Positions 26,695 to 34,301 of a stretch of DNA of 64,000 nucleotides are shown here, one piece after another. A model generated the notes under the pieces. That model ran no database searches and had not been told where the DNA came from. It saw only the letters and a program-made list of their open reading frames with translations. How positions within the stretch are numbered: the stretch's first letter is position 1; the number at the start of each line of letters is the position of its first letter. The position numbers were made by a program, and so were the translations under genes. Where the stretch lies: the NCBI GenBank assembly GCA_034667685.1, contig JAXDQU010000089.1:21072-85071 (forward strand), written 5' to 3'. This DNA is from Thermoplasmata archaeon. Lineage in GTDB: Archaea; Thermoplasmatota; SW-10-69-26; JACQPN01; JAJPHT01.

Positions 26695-26805
26695 TCAGCG
26701 CAGGCTGTAGGTGAAGCAGCTCGTGCCGAAGTAGCAGCCCGTGAGCGGAGGCACGGCGCGGTGGATCGGCGCGTTCTCGATCTCTTCGATCTGGTTCTTG
26801 TTCAT
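26695..26805 (-). CDS. RiPP precursor A2, 36 aa: MNKNQIEEIENAPIHRAVPPLTGCYFGTSCFTYSLR
   Basis: Translated by hand. GAGGCG RBS-like sequence upstream. Confidence 0.85.
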   Translation of the reverse strand: MNKNQIEEIENAPIHRAVPPLTGCYFGTSCFTYSLR

Positions 26806-26814
26806 CTCATCGCC

Positions 26815-26922
26815 TCAGATGCGGGTCCAGACGTAGCAGCCCGTGTGCGGAGGCAGCGTGAAGCTGACGCCGCTCCCGGGGGCCGGTGCGTGCTCGATCG
26901 CCTCGATGTCGGAGACCTTCAT
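26815..26922 (-). CDS. RiPP precursor A3, 35 aa: MKVSDIEAIEHAPAPGSGVSFTLPPHTGCYVWTRI
   Basis: Translated by hand. Alternative start at 26928; GAGGCG upstream. Confidence 0.85.
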   Translation of the reverse strand: MKVSDIEAIEHAPAPGSGVSFTLPPHTGCYVWTRI

Positions 26923-26932
26923 GGTCATCGCC

Positions 26933-27031
26933 TCAGAGGCGGGTCCAGAGGTAGCAGCCCGTCAGGTAGGGGCCGGCCTGGTTGGGCGCGGCGCGTTCCA
27001 TCGTCTCGATCTCGGAAGCCTTCAGCGTCAT
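26933..27031 (-). CDS. RiPP precursor A4, 32 aa: MTLKASEIETMERAAPNQAGPYLTGCYLWTRL
   Basis: Translated by hand. GGAGT RBS upstream. Confidence 0.85.
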   Translation of the reverse strand: MTLKASEIETMERAAPNQAGPYLTGCYLWTRL

Positions 27032-27139
27032 GTTCCAAACACTCCGCCGGTCGTGCCCGGCCGCCTCGCAGACGCCCGGGGCGTCAAGAACGCTGCGGCT
27101 GCGCAGCAGGCGGGCTCCTGGATGCGTCCAGACGGGCCT

Positions 27140-27385
27140 TCAGCATCGCGCCCAGGCATCGGTCTCCACGCGATAGTCCATGAACGTCCAGCCGTACGAG
27201 GGGGCCCACTCGCGGACGTGGCGCTGCACGTCGGCCGAGGGCCCGGAGAAGTGGAGCTGGACGAAGCCAAGCTCGTCCGCGTCGAGCTGCGTCCCGACCT
27301 GCGACCAGGCGCGCGCCACGGCGTGGAACGTCCAGGCGCCGCTCGTGGCACCGAGGAGCCCCGGCGCCTCGTGCGCGAAGGACAC
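27140..27385 (-). CDS. Small hypothetical protein or gene remnant (about 81 aa) whose 5' end lies in the R3 repeat
   Basis: VSFAHEAPGLLGATSGAWTFHAVARAWSQVGTQLDADELGFVQLHFSGPSADVQRHVREWAPSYGWTFMDYRVETDAWARC, host-like codons. Confidence 0.4.
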   Translation of the reverse strand: MSFAHEAPGLLGATSGAWTFHAVARAWSQVGTQLDADELGFVQLHFSGPSADVQRHVREWAPSYGWTFMDYRVETDAWARC

Positions 27386-27455
27386 AGAGGAACACAGAGG
27401 CGTCTTTTCTCGTCCTCTGTGACCTCTGTGTCCTCCGTGGCTGGAGTGGAGCGCG
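27378..27455. repeat. Family R3 hairpin, second (inverted, partial) copy
   Basis: The reverse complement matches 15810-15890 closely, including the acgagaaaag loop. Confidence 0.85.
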
Positions 27456-27462
27456 GACAAGA

Positions 27463-29067
27463 TCAGGCAGCGGGCAACGCGAACGCGAACGTGCTCCCCA
27501 TCCCGAGCCCGTCGGACGCCGCCCAGATCCTGCCCCCGTGCTGCTCGACGATGCCGCGGCTGATGTAGAGGCCCAGGCCCGTCCCGGAGCGGGACTGGCC
27601 CGCGCGGTCGTGCACCTGGCTGAAGGGGCGGAAGAGGCGCTCGATCTGGTCGCGCGAGAGGCCCGCGCCGGTGTCGGCGACGCGGACGACGACCTCGTTC
27701 CCCTCGCGGCGCGCGCTGACCTCGATGCGGCCGCCCGCGGGCGTGAACTTGATCGCGTTCCCCACGAGGTTGAGGAGCACCTGGGCCACGCGCGCGGCGT
27801 CGGCGCGGACGCGCAGGCCGGGCTCGGCGCGCGCCTCGAGCTTCACGCCCGCGAGCCGCGCGGCCTCGGCGAAGCTCTCGACGGCCTGCGCGACGGCGAG
27901 CGGCACGTCCACCTCGGCGGGGTTCATCGAGAGCTTGCCCGTCTGCACGCGCGAGGCGTCGAGCAGGTCGCGCACCATCAGCGAGAGGTGCTCCACGTTG
28001 CGGTTGAGCACGTCGACGCTGCGGCGCTGCTTGTCGGAGAGCCCGCTGTCGGAGCGCAGCAGGTGCGCCTGGAGCTTGATGGGAGTGAGCGGCGTGCCCA
28101 GCTCGTGCGCGGCGTTGTTGATGAACTGCGTCTTCATGGCGTCCAGCTCGCGCAGGCGCTGGGCGGTGGAGCGCTCGGAGACGTCGCGGATCGCCACGAC
28201 GCGCACGCTCCGCCCCTCGTGGGGGAGGTCGCGCGCGGTGATCTCGGCGTCGAAGCGCGTGCCGTCGCGCCGGCGCCCCTTGACCTCGTAGGGCGCGTCG
28301 TCGCGGCTCGCGATGCGGTGGCGGATCGTCTCGTGGTCCTCCGGCGCCACGATGTCGAACGCGGTGAGGCCCGCCACCTCGTCGGGCCCGTAGCCGAAGA
28401 GGCGCGCGAAGGCGGCGTTGGCCTCCAGGATCGTGCCGTCCTCGTGGATCGCGACGCCCTCGAACGTGGCGTCGGAGAGACGGCGGAAGCGCTCCTCGCT
28501 CTCGCGCAGCGCGTCGGCCAGGCGCCGCATCTCGATCTTCTCCTCGGTCTGGCGCACGCTCTCGCGCGCGAAGAGGGCGCCGGCCGCCGCGGTGAACATG
28601 ATGTACGCCTCGCGCACCACGAGGTCGCTTGCGTGGCCCCCGGCGCTGCCCAGGAGCGTGATCATGAGCAGGTCGCTCGCGCAGTAGACCGCGGCGGCGA
28701 AGAGCGTCTCCAGCCAGCCGTAGCGGAAGGCGACGGCGGTCGTGCTCACGAGCCAGAGCGGATAGAACGGCGAGTGGAGCCCGCCCGTGACCGCGAGCCA
28801 CACGCTGATGAAGACGGCATCGAGCGCCGTGGTGAAGTAGCTCGACGCGAGGACGGGGAAGCGCTTGTACGGCTGGAAGGCGACGACGCCGATGCCGTAG
28901 GCGTTCGCGAGCACGATGACGGCGTACGCCAGCGCCGGCGACGTGCCGTCCTTGGGCATCAGGAAGGCGTAGACGAGCGAGTTGAGCAGGATGATCGCAA
29001 AGCGGAGGCCTGCGAGCGCCCGCTCGGCGGCGTACGCCTTCTCGACGGCCGCCTCGTCTTCCCTCAC
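27463..29067 (-). CDS. Membrane-bound PAS sensor histidine kinase
   Basis: About 5 N-terminal TMs, PAS (ESEERFRRL...EANAAF), H-box AAHELGTPL, NLVGNAIKFT, DTGAG, GTGLGL. Confidence 0.92.
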   Translation of the reverse strand: MREDEAAVEKAYAAERALAGLRFAIILLNSLVYAFLMPKDGTSPALAYAVIVLANAYGIGVVAFQPYKRFPVLASSYFTTALDAVFISVWLAVTGGLHSPFYPLWLVSTTAVAFRYGWLETLFAAAVYCASDLLMITLLGSAGGHASDLVVREAYIMFTAAAGALFARESVRQTEEKIEMRRLADALRESEERFRRLSDATFEGVAIHEDGTILEANAAFARLFGYGPDEVAGLTAFDIVAPEDHETIRHRIASRDDAPYEVKGRRRDGTRFDAEITARDLPHEGRSVRVVAIRDVSERSTAQRLRELDAMKTQFINNAAHELGTPLTPIKLQAHLLRSDSGLSDKQRRSVDVLNRNVEHLSLMVRDLLDASRVQTGKLSMNPAEVDVPLAVAQAVESFAEAARLAGVKLEARAEPGLRVRADAARVAQVLLNLVGNAIKFTPAGGRIEVSARREGNEVVVRVADTGAGLSRDQIERLFRPFSQVHDRAGQSRSGTGLGLYISRGIVEQHGGRIWAASDGLGMGSTFAFALPAA

Positions 29068-29172
29068 GGCGTCGCGCAACGACGCCTCCCCGCAACAACC
29101 CGCCGCATCACCCGATGCGGTCGTTCCCCATCCCATTTAATAGAGGGCGGCCCCCATGTTCGAGCGAGCACC

Positions 29173-29676
29173 GTGCCGACCGCCGATGCCCACGCTCCAA
29201 GCCCCGAGGACGTGCGCGATGCCGCGCAGCGCCTCTTGGCGCGCCGTCACGCGCAGCGCGCGCGCCCCACGTTCGGCGACGAGGCCGACGCCGCGCTGCT
29301 CGCGGCCCTGCGCGCGCGCCCCGACGAGGCGCAGGCGCGCGAGGCGGGCCTCCGCGTCGGGCGCGAGGTCTACGCGCGCCGCTGCTACGAGGACAACGTG
29401 CCCGGCGCCGTCGCGATCCTCTCCACGACGCTCCTGGCCTCGGGCCTGGGCTCCGTCTCCGTCGAGTCCTGGTTCCATCGCCAGGGCGTGCTCGCGTTCC
29501 GCCCGCTCGACGAGCGCGACGCGGCCGCGGCCTCCTCCTACGTCTCGGGGCTCCTCGCGGGATATCTCGGCGAGGCGCTGAATTGCCGCGCTGAGGCGCA
29601 GGCGCAGCCCGGGGCGCGCTTCGCGGTGCGCCTGCTCGAAGGGCGCGACGTCAACCACGGGAGGGCCGCCGCGTGA
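29173..29676 (+). CDS. Hypothetical protein, V4R-like
   Basis: First gene of a translationally coupled operon. AGLRVG...SGLG...YVSGLLAGYL resembles the V4R pattern. Confidence 0.55.
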   Translation: MPTADAHAPSPEDVRDAAQRLLARRHAQRARPTFGDEADAALLAALRARPDEAQAREAGLRVGREVYARRCYEDNVPGAVAILSTTLLASGLGSVSVESWFHRQGVLAFRPLDERDAAAASSYVSGLLAGYLGEALNCRAEAQAQPGARFAVRLLEGRDVNHGRAAA

Positions 29677-30047
29677 TGGACCACGCCTCGCGCGTCGACG
29701 TCGCCCTCGCCGACCTGCTCAAGCACGAGGGCCTCACCGGCGCCTCGCTGATCAGCCGCGACGGGCTCTGCGTGCGCGCCGCGGGACGCTCGGAGGTCTC
29801 GCGGGAGACCTTCAGCGCGATGAGCGCGACCCTCATGGGCGCCGCCGAGATCGCGCTGCGCGAGCTGGACAACGCGCCCGCGCGGTCCATCGTCGCGGCC
29901 ACGCCGAGCGCCTGCATCATCATCGTGGGAGCCTCGCGCGAGATGCTCCTCGTCGCCTCGGCCCGCGCGGACGTCCCGCTCGCGCCGCTCGTCGCGCGCG
30001 TCGAGGAGGCGGCGCGCGGCCTGGCCAAGATCCTCTCGGGTGCCTGA
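29676..30047 (+). CDS. Roadblock/LC7 (MglB-like) protein
   Basis: GLTGASLISRDGL...ETFSAMSATLMGAAEIALREL. Confidence 0.85.
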   Translation: MDHASRVDVALADLLKHEGLTGASLISRDGLCVRAAGRSEVSRETFSAMSATLMGAAEIALRELDNAPARSIVAATPSACIIIVGASREMLLVASARADVPLAPLVARVEEAARGLAKILSGA

Positions 30048-31225
30048 TGTCGAGCGTGGAGGCGGTGGGGGTCCCCCAGCTGGAGCGGCTCATCTGCCCC
30101 ATGCCCGAGCACAGCTCCGTCCTCTTCGTCAACGATCCGGGCGTCGAGGCCGAGGCGTTCCTCTACCAGGGCGCCTACGCGCACCTCTCCGCGGGCCGGC
30201 GCGTCGTCTACGCCGTGACCAACCGCGCGCCCGAGAGCGTGCTCGCCGCGATGTCGGCGCTGGGGCTCGACGTCTTCAGCCACAAGGAGCAGCTCATCTT
30301 CGTCGACGCGTTCGCCGCGCACATGGCGCAGCCCTCCAGCGCGCAGCACGTCGTGCAGCAGCCCTCGAACCCGCTCGACTTCGCCCGCACGCTGGAGGCC
30401 GCCGCGCGCGAGGCGCCCGACGCGATGCTCGTGGTGGACGGGCTCTCGACGCTCGTCGACCAGGCCGGCCCCGAGAAGTTCGAGGCCGCCTGGCCGCGCA
30501 TCCAGGGCGCCATGGCGCGCTTCCGCTGGTCCGAGTCGCTCTTCACGAAGTGGCCCTACGGCGAGGGCGTCATGCGCCTCCTCGACGACTTCGACGCGGT
30601 GGTCACGCTCAAGGGCGTCGAGGACCGCATCACCATCTCGCAGTACTTCCGCGTCGAGCGCGCGCGCTGGCGCCCGGACGTCGACACGAAGCCCCGCCTC
30701 TACCGCGCGCTCAAGCCCGGCGGCGTCCACGTCTTCATCCCGAAGATCGTCATCACCGGCCCCTACAACGCGGGCAAATCCTCCTTCGTGCACGCCGTCT
30801 CCGACACCGCGGTCTCGGTGGACGAGCTGGGCACGACCGTCGCGCTCGACCACGGCCGCGTCACCATGGAAGGCCTCACCGCCGACATCTTCGGCACGCC
30901 CGGCCAGTCGCGCTTCGACCCGATCCTGCGCGTCGTCGCGGGCCAGGCGCTGGGCGTCGTCGTCGTGGTCGACAGCACGAAGCCCGAGTCGTTCGCGCGC
31001 GCCGCCGAGATGATGGCGCTCACGTGGAAGCAGGGCCTCCCCGGCGTCGTCGCGGCCAACAAGCAGGACCTTCCGGGAGCGCTCTCCCCCGAGGAGATCG
31101 CGAAGACGATGACCATCCCCAAGGGCATCCGCGTCGTGCCGTGCAGCGGCCAGGACCGCGAGAGCGCGCGGCGCGTGCTGCGCGAGCTGATCGACCTCAT
31201 CCTCGCCCACGTGGTGAGCGCGTGA
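30047..31225 (+). CDS. Fusion of a degenerate KaiC/RecA-like domain and a small GTPase (MglA/Arf-like)
   Basis: The N-half has DPGVEAE in place of Walker A, plus LIFVDAF and VVDGLS. The C-half has G1 GPYNAGKSS, G2 TTVALD, G3 GTPGQ and G4 NKQD. Confidence 0.85.
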   Translation: MSSVEAVGVPQLERLICPMPEHSSVLFVNDPGVEAEAFLYQGAYAHLSAGRRVVYAVTNRAPESVLAAMSALGLDVFSHKEQLIFVDAFAAHMAQPSSAQHVVQQPSNPLDFARTLEAAAREAPDAMLVVDGLSTLVDQAGPEKFEAAWPRIQGAMARFRWSESLFTKWPYGEGVMRLLDDFDAVVTLKGVEDRITISQYFRVERARWRPDVDTKPRLYRALKPGGVHVFIPKIVITGPYNAGKSSFVHAVSDTAVSVDELGTTVALDHGRVTMEGLTADIFGTPGQSRFDPILRVVAGQALGVVVVVDSTKPESFARAAEMMALTWKQGLPGVVAANKQDLPGALSPEEIAKTMTIPKGIRVVPCSGQDRESARRVLRELIDLILAHVVSA

Positions 31226-32016
31226 TGAGCGGAGCCGGCGCCGGGCCGGGCCTCGGCCCCAGCGCGACGAGCCCGGGCGGCGCGCCCGCCCCCAAGGTCG
31301 AGACCGGCGTGCGGCGCCTCGACGACCTGCTCGAAGGCGGCGTGCCTCCGACCAGCGTCACGCTGCTGTACGGCCCGCCCTTCCTCGGGAAGGAATTGCT
31401 ATCGCGCCTCTTCCTGCTCCAGGGGCTGCGCCAGGGCGTGCCCGGCATCCTCGTCCTCACGGGGCAGGCGACCAGCGACGCGCGCGCCCAGCTCGCGCAG
31501 ATCGACCCCGCGTACCCCGGGTACGAGCGCCAGGGGCTCATCTGCTTCGTCGACACGTACAGCAAGTCGATCGGCGCGGAGGACGACTTCGCGCAGGCCG
31601 AGTACGTGGACGGCCCCGTCAACCTCAACGCGGTCAGCCTCGCGGTCAACAACGCGCAGCGCCGCATCATCGCCGAGCACGCGACGCACCGGCTCGTCTA
31701 CGACAGCGTCTCGACGACGACCACGTACACCAACGCGCAGACGACGTTCCGCTTCCTCCAGGTGCTCGTGGGCAAGGCCAAGCGCGCGGGCGCGACCACG
31801 ATGCTCCTGCTCGACCAGGGCATGCACACGGACGCCGAGGTGCAGACGTTCAAGCACCTCAGCGACGGCATGATCGAGGTGCGCGCCGAGGGCACGAGCA
31901 ACTTCCTGCAGGTGGCCGGCATCGGCGTCACGGAGAACCGCGGCTGGGTCGAGTACCGCTTCACCGAACGTTTGTTCGACGTGACAGGCTCGTTCTCGGC
32001 CGGGCGGATTCGCTGA
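31225..32016 (+). CDS. KaiC/RAD55-like ATPase, single domain
   Basis: TGVRRLDDLLEGGVP, LLYGPPFLGKE, FVDTYS, LVYDSVS, HLSDGMIE. Confidence 0.85.
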   Translation: MSGAGAGPGLGPSATSPGGAPAPKVETGVRRLDDLLEGGVPPTSVTLLYGPPFLGKELLSRLFLLQGLRQGVPGILVLTGQATSDARAQLAQIDPAYPGYERQGLICFVDTYSKSIGAEDDFAQAEYVDGPVNLNAVSLAVNNAQRRIIAEHATHRLVYDSVSTTTTYTNAQTTFRFLQVLVGKAKRAGATTMLLLDQGMHTDAEVQTFKHLSDGMIEVRAEGTSNFLQVAGIGVTENRGWVEYRFTERLFDVTGSFSAGRIR

Positions 32017-32023
32017 TTCTTCT

Positions 32024-32184
32024 GGGCAAGGGCACGGGCAAGTCCCATCCCGACGCTGTTTGCCGGCGCGCTCATTTCCCAACACCGCGCATCCGAGGCA
32101 TCCGCGGATTCCGGGATTCTCGGTGTTGGGAAGGGAGCGCCACGAAGACGAGCACGGTGGAGGAACTTGCCCTTGCCCGTGCCC
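32024..32184. repeat. Nested imperfect hairpin with GGGCAC/GGGCAA 6-nt units between convergent genes
   Basis: Outer arms gggcaagggcacgggcaagt / acttgcccttgcccgtgccc, inner arms ttcccaacaccg / cggtgttgggaa. Confidence 0.75.
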
Positions 32185-32189
32185 GCGGG

Positions 32190-33401
32190 CTACAGGAAGC
32201 CCAAGCCCAGGATCGCGATCGCGACGAGGATCGCGGAGTGCTTGAGCCCGGCCTGGAAGTTGCCCTCGCTCATCACGCCCACGACCATGCCGCTGCCCAG
32301 CGCCTGCACGAGGCCGACGCCGAAGTAGACGTAGCGGAAGTCGGTGAGCGTCATCTGGTGGCTCACCAGGAGGCCGCCGCCCGCGAGGTTGCCGCCGATC
32401 TGGCTGGTGCTGGTGAGCACGCTGGGGATCAGGAGGCCCTGGAGCGCCGCGGTGACGGCGAGGAAGACGCCGAACGCGACGTAGACGACGATGACGTAGA
32501 GGCGCATCGCGGCGCGGCGCTCGGCCTCCACGGCCTTCAGCTCGCGCGCGTCGCGGGCCGCCGCTGATAGCACGTCCTTGACGTTGCCGCCGGCCTGCGT
32601 GGCCTTGATCATGAGCGCGACGGAGCGCGTGACGAGGGGCGTGCCGACGCGCTCGGCGAACATGCGCAGCGCGTCCTGGAAGGGCGTGCCCCAGCTGACC
32701 TGGTGCGCCATGCGGCGGACCTCGTCGTTGAGGCGGCCGTAGTCGCCGCGCGCCGCGACGCGGATCGCCTGCGCCATCGTCATGCCCGCGTTGTGCGACT
32801 CGTTGAGGTCGCGCAGGAAGTCGGGGAAGCGGTCCTCGATCTGCTGGATGTTGCGGTCGCGGACGAAGCTGAAGTAGGCCGTGGGCGCGCAGGCGAGCAG
32901 GATCGCGACGCCCGAGAGCAGCGGCGCCGTCATCGGGCGCGTGGCGGTGGAGAAGGCGCGGTCGAACGCGCCGCCCCAGACGAGGAACGAGAGCCCGACC
33001 ACGACGACGGCGAGCGGGATCGTGATCAGGAGCGTCGTGATCTCGGCGGCCGCGGCGCGGTTGTCGAGGCCGAGGCTGCGCGCGCGCTCGTAGAGCCTGG
33101 GCGCGCGCGAGGCGACCAGCGCGGCCATCGCCATCGTGGTGGCGGCGCCGATGAAGAGGAGCGAGAGGTCCCAGGGCGTGTGCGCGCCGCGGCTCGGGTT
33201 CGTGAGGATGCCCACGCGCACGAGCACGACGATCGCGATCAGGAGCGCGGGGATCAGGCCCAGGAAGAGGTAGACGGTGCGCGCGGTGCCCGTGGGGCGC
33301 GTGGGCTGCGGCGCCTGCTCGACGGCCTCGCGCACGAAGGGCGGAAGCGGCTGCACGGGCAGCTCGCGATCATCGTGGTGGATCGGGGGGATCGAGGTCA
33401 A
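32190..33401 (-). CDS. Type IV pilus/T2SS-F membrane platform protein (TadC/ArlJ-like)
   Basis: IEDRFPDFLRDL...AGMTMAQAI...YGRL...SWGTPFQDAL...AGGNVKDVL...GLKH. Confidence 0.9.
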   Translation of the reverse strand: MTSIPPIHHDDRELPVQPLPPFVREAVEQAPQPTRPTGTARTVYLFLGLIPALLIAIVVLVRVGILTNPSRGAHTPWDLSLLFIGAATTMAMAALVASRAPRLYERARSLGLDNRAAAAEITTLLITIPLAVVVVGLSFLVWGGAFDRAFSTATRPMTAPLLSGVAILLACAPTAYFSFVRDRNIQQIEDRFPDFLRDLNESHNAGMTMAQAIRVAARGDYGRLNDEVRRMAHQVSWGTPFQDALRMFAERVGTPLVTRSVALMIKATQAGGNVKDVLSAAARDARELKAVEAERRAAMRLYVIVVYVAFGVFLAVTAALQGLLIPSVLTSTSQIGGNLAGGGLLVSHQMTLTDFRYVYFGVGLVQALGSGMVVGVMSEGNFQAGLKHSAILVAIAILGLGFL

Positions 33402-33404
33402 GGC

Positions 33405-34301
33405 TCACCCCTCCGGGGCCATGTTCTTGAGCACCCACGAGAACGCGCCGTGCGTGAGCGGCAGGAGCAGGAAGACGAGCAGGAAGAGGAACGTCTGCGA
33501 CGTGCCCGTGGAGCGGCCCACGACGAGCATGATGCTGAGCATGACGAGCATGAAGAGCGGGCCCGCGATGACGACCGTCACGTAGGATTCCGCGAGCACG
33601 CCGAGCCCTTCGAGGAACTCGCGCTGCACGCGGCGGTTCTCCGTCATGTACTGCTCGGCCTTGCTCGCGAAGTAGGCCTTGAGGTCGCCCCCCGAGAGGA
33701 TCGTGGTCTTGGCGCCCTGCAGGAACTCCTGGAAGCGCAGGCTGGGCGAGCGCCCGATCGCGCGGCTGATGGCGGTGACGAGGTCGATGCCGAGGAGGTC
33801 CACGTCGCGCACCATCCACGCGACCTCCTTCGCCACCTCGCCGTAGGTCGTCTCGCGCGCGAGGTCGCGCAGCAGCACGGTGGGCACGACGCCCGCGCTC
33901 GACATCGCGGCGATGAAGTTCACCGCGTAGGGGAGGTCGCTGTCGATGCGGCGGCGCCGCTCGCCCGCGCGGTAGTCCGGATAGACCTGCAGCCCGACGT
34001 AGGTGGAGCCCGCGAGCATCACGGGCAGGATGATCATGACCGCGGCGATCGCCGTGCTGGGCGGGCCCGACGCGACGGCCGTGAGCCCGAAGAGGAGGAA
34101 GACGAGCACGTAGCCGCCCACGAGCACGAGCAGCGTCGCGAGCCACGTGAGCGCGACGAACGCCTCGGGCAGCATCGCGATGTGCGCCTGCTCCAGCGAG
34201 AAGCGGAGCTTGTCGGCGCGCGCCGCGCTGCGCCGGGCCGGGGCGCCGAAGAGCGCGAGCGCGACCCGGACGAAGCCGTCGGCGTTGCTCTCACGAGGCA
34301 A
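33405..34301 (-). CDS. Second T2SS-F membrane platform protein (TadB/TadC-like)
   Basis: IDSDLPYAVNFIAAMSSAG...YGEVAKE...GIDLVTAI...SPS...SGGDL...LAESYV. TTG start with a GAGGTG RBS. Confidence 0.88.
   Translation of the reverse strand: MPRESNADGFVRVALALFGAPARRSAARADKLRFSLEQAHIAMLPEAFVALTWLATLLVLVGGYVLVFLLFGLTAVASGPPSTAIAAVMIILPVMLAGSTYVGLQVYPDYRAGERRRRIDSDLPYAVNFIAAMSSAGVVPTVLLRDLARETTYGEVAKEVAWMVRDVDLLGIDLVTAISRAIGRSPSLRFQEFLQGAKTTILSGGDLKAYFASKAEQYMTENRRVQREFLEGLGVLAESYVTVVIAGPLFMLVMLSIMLVVGRSTGTSQTFLFLLVFLLLPLTHGAFSWVLKNMAPEG

Noticed and set aside
26577-27031. Repeated GTAGCAGCCCGT units that might suggest a CRISPR-like array
   Set aside because: The repeats are the TGCY codons of paralogous peptide genes, the spacing is irregular and no cas genes are present.
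30047-32016. KaiC-like genes read as a circadian clock
   Set aside because: These are single-domain or degenerate KaiC-like proteins, with no kaiA/kaiB and no double-domain KaiC.
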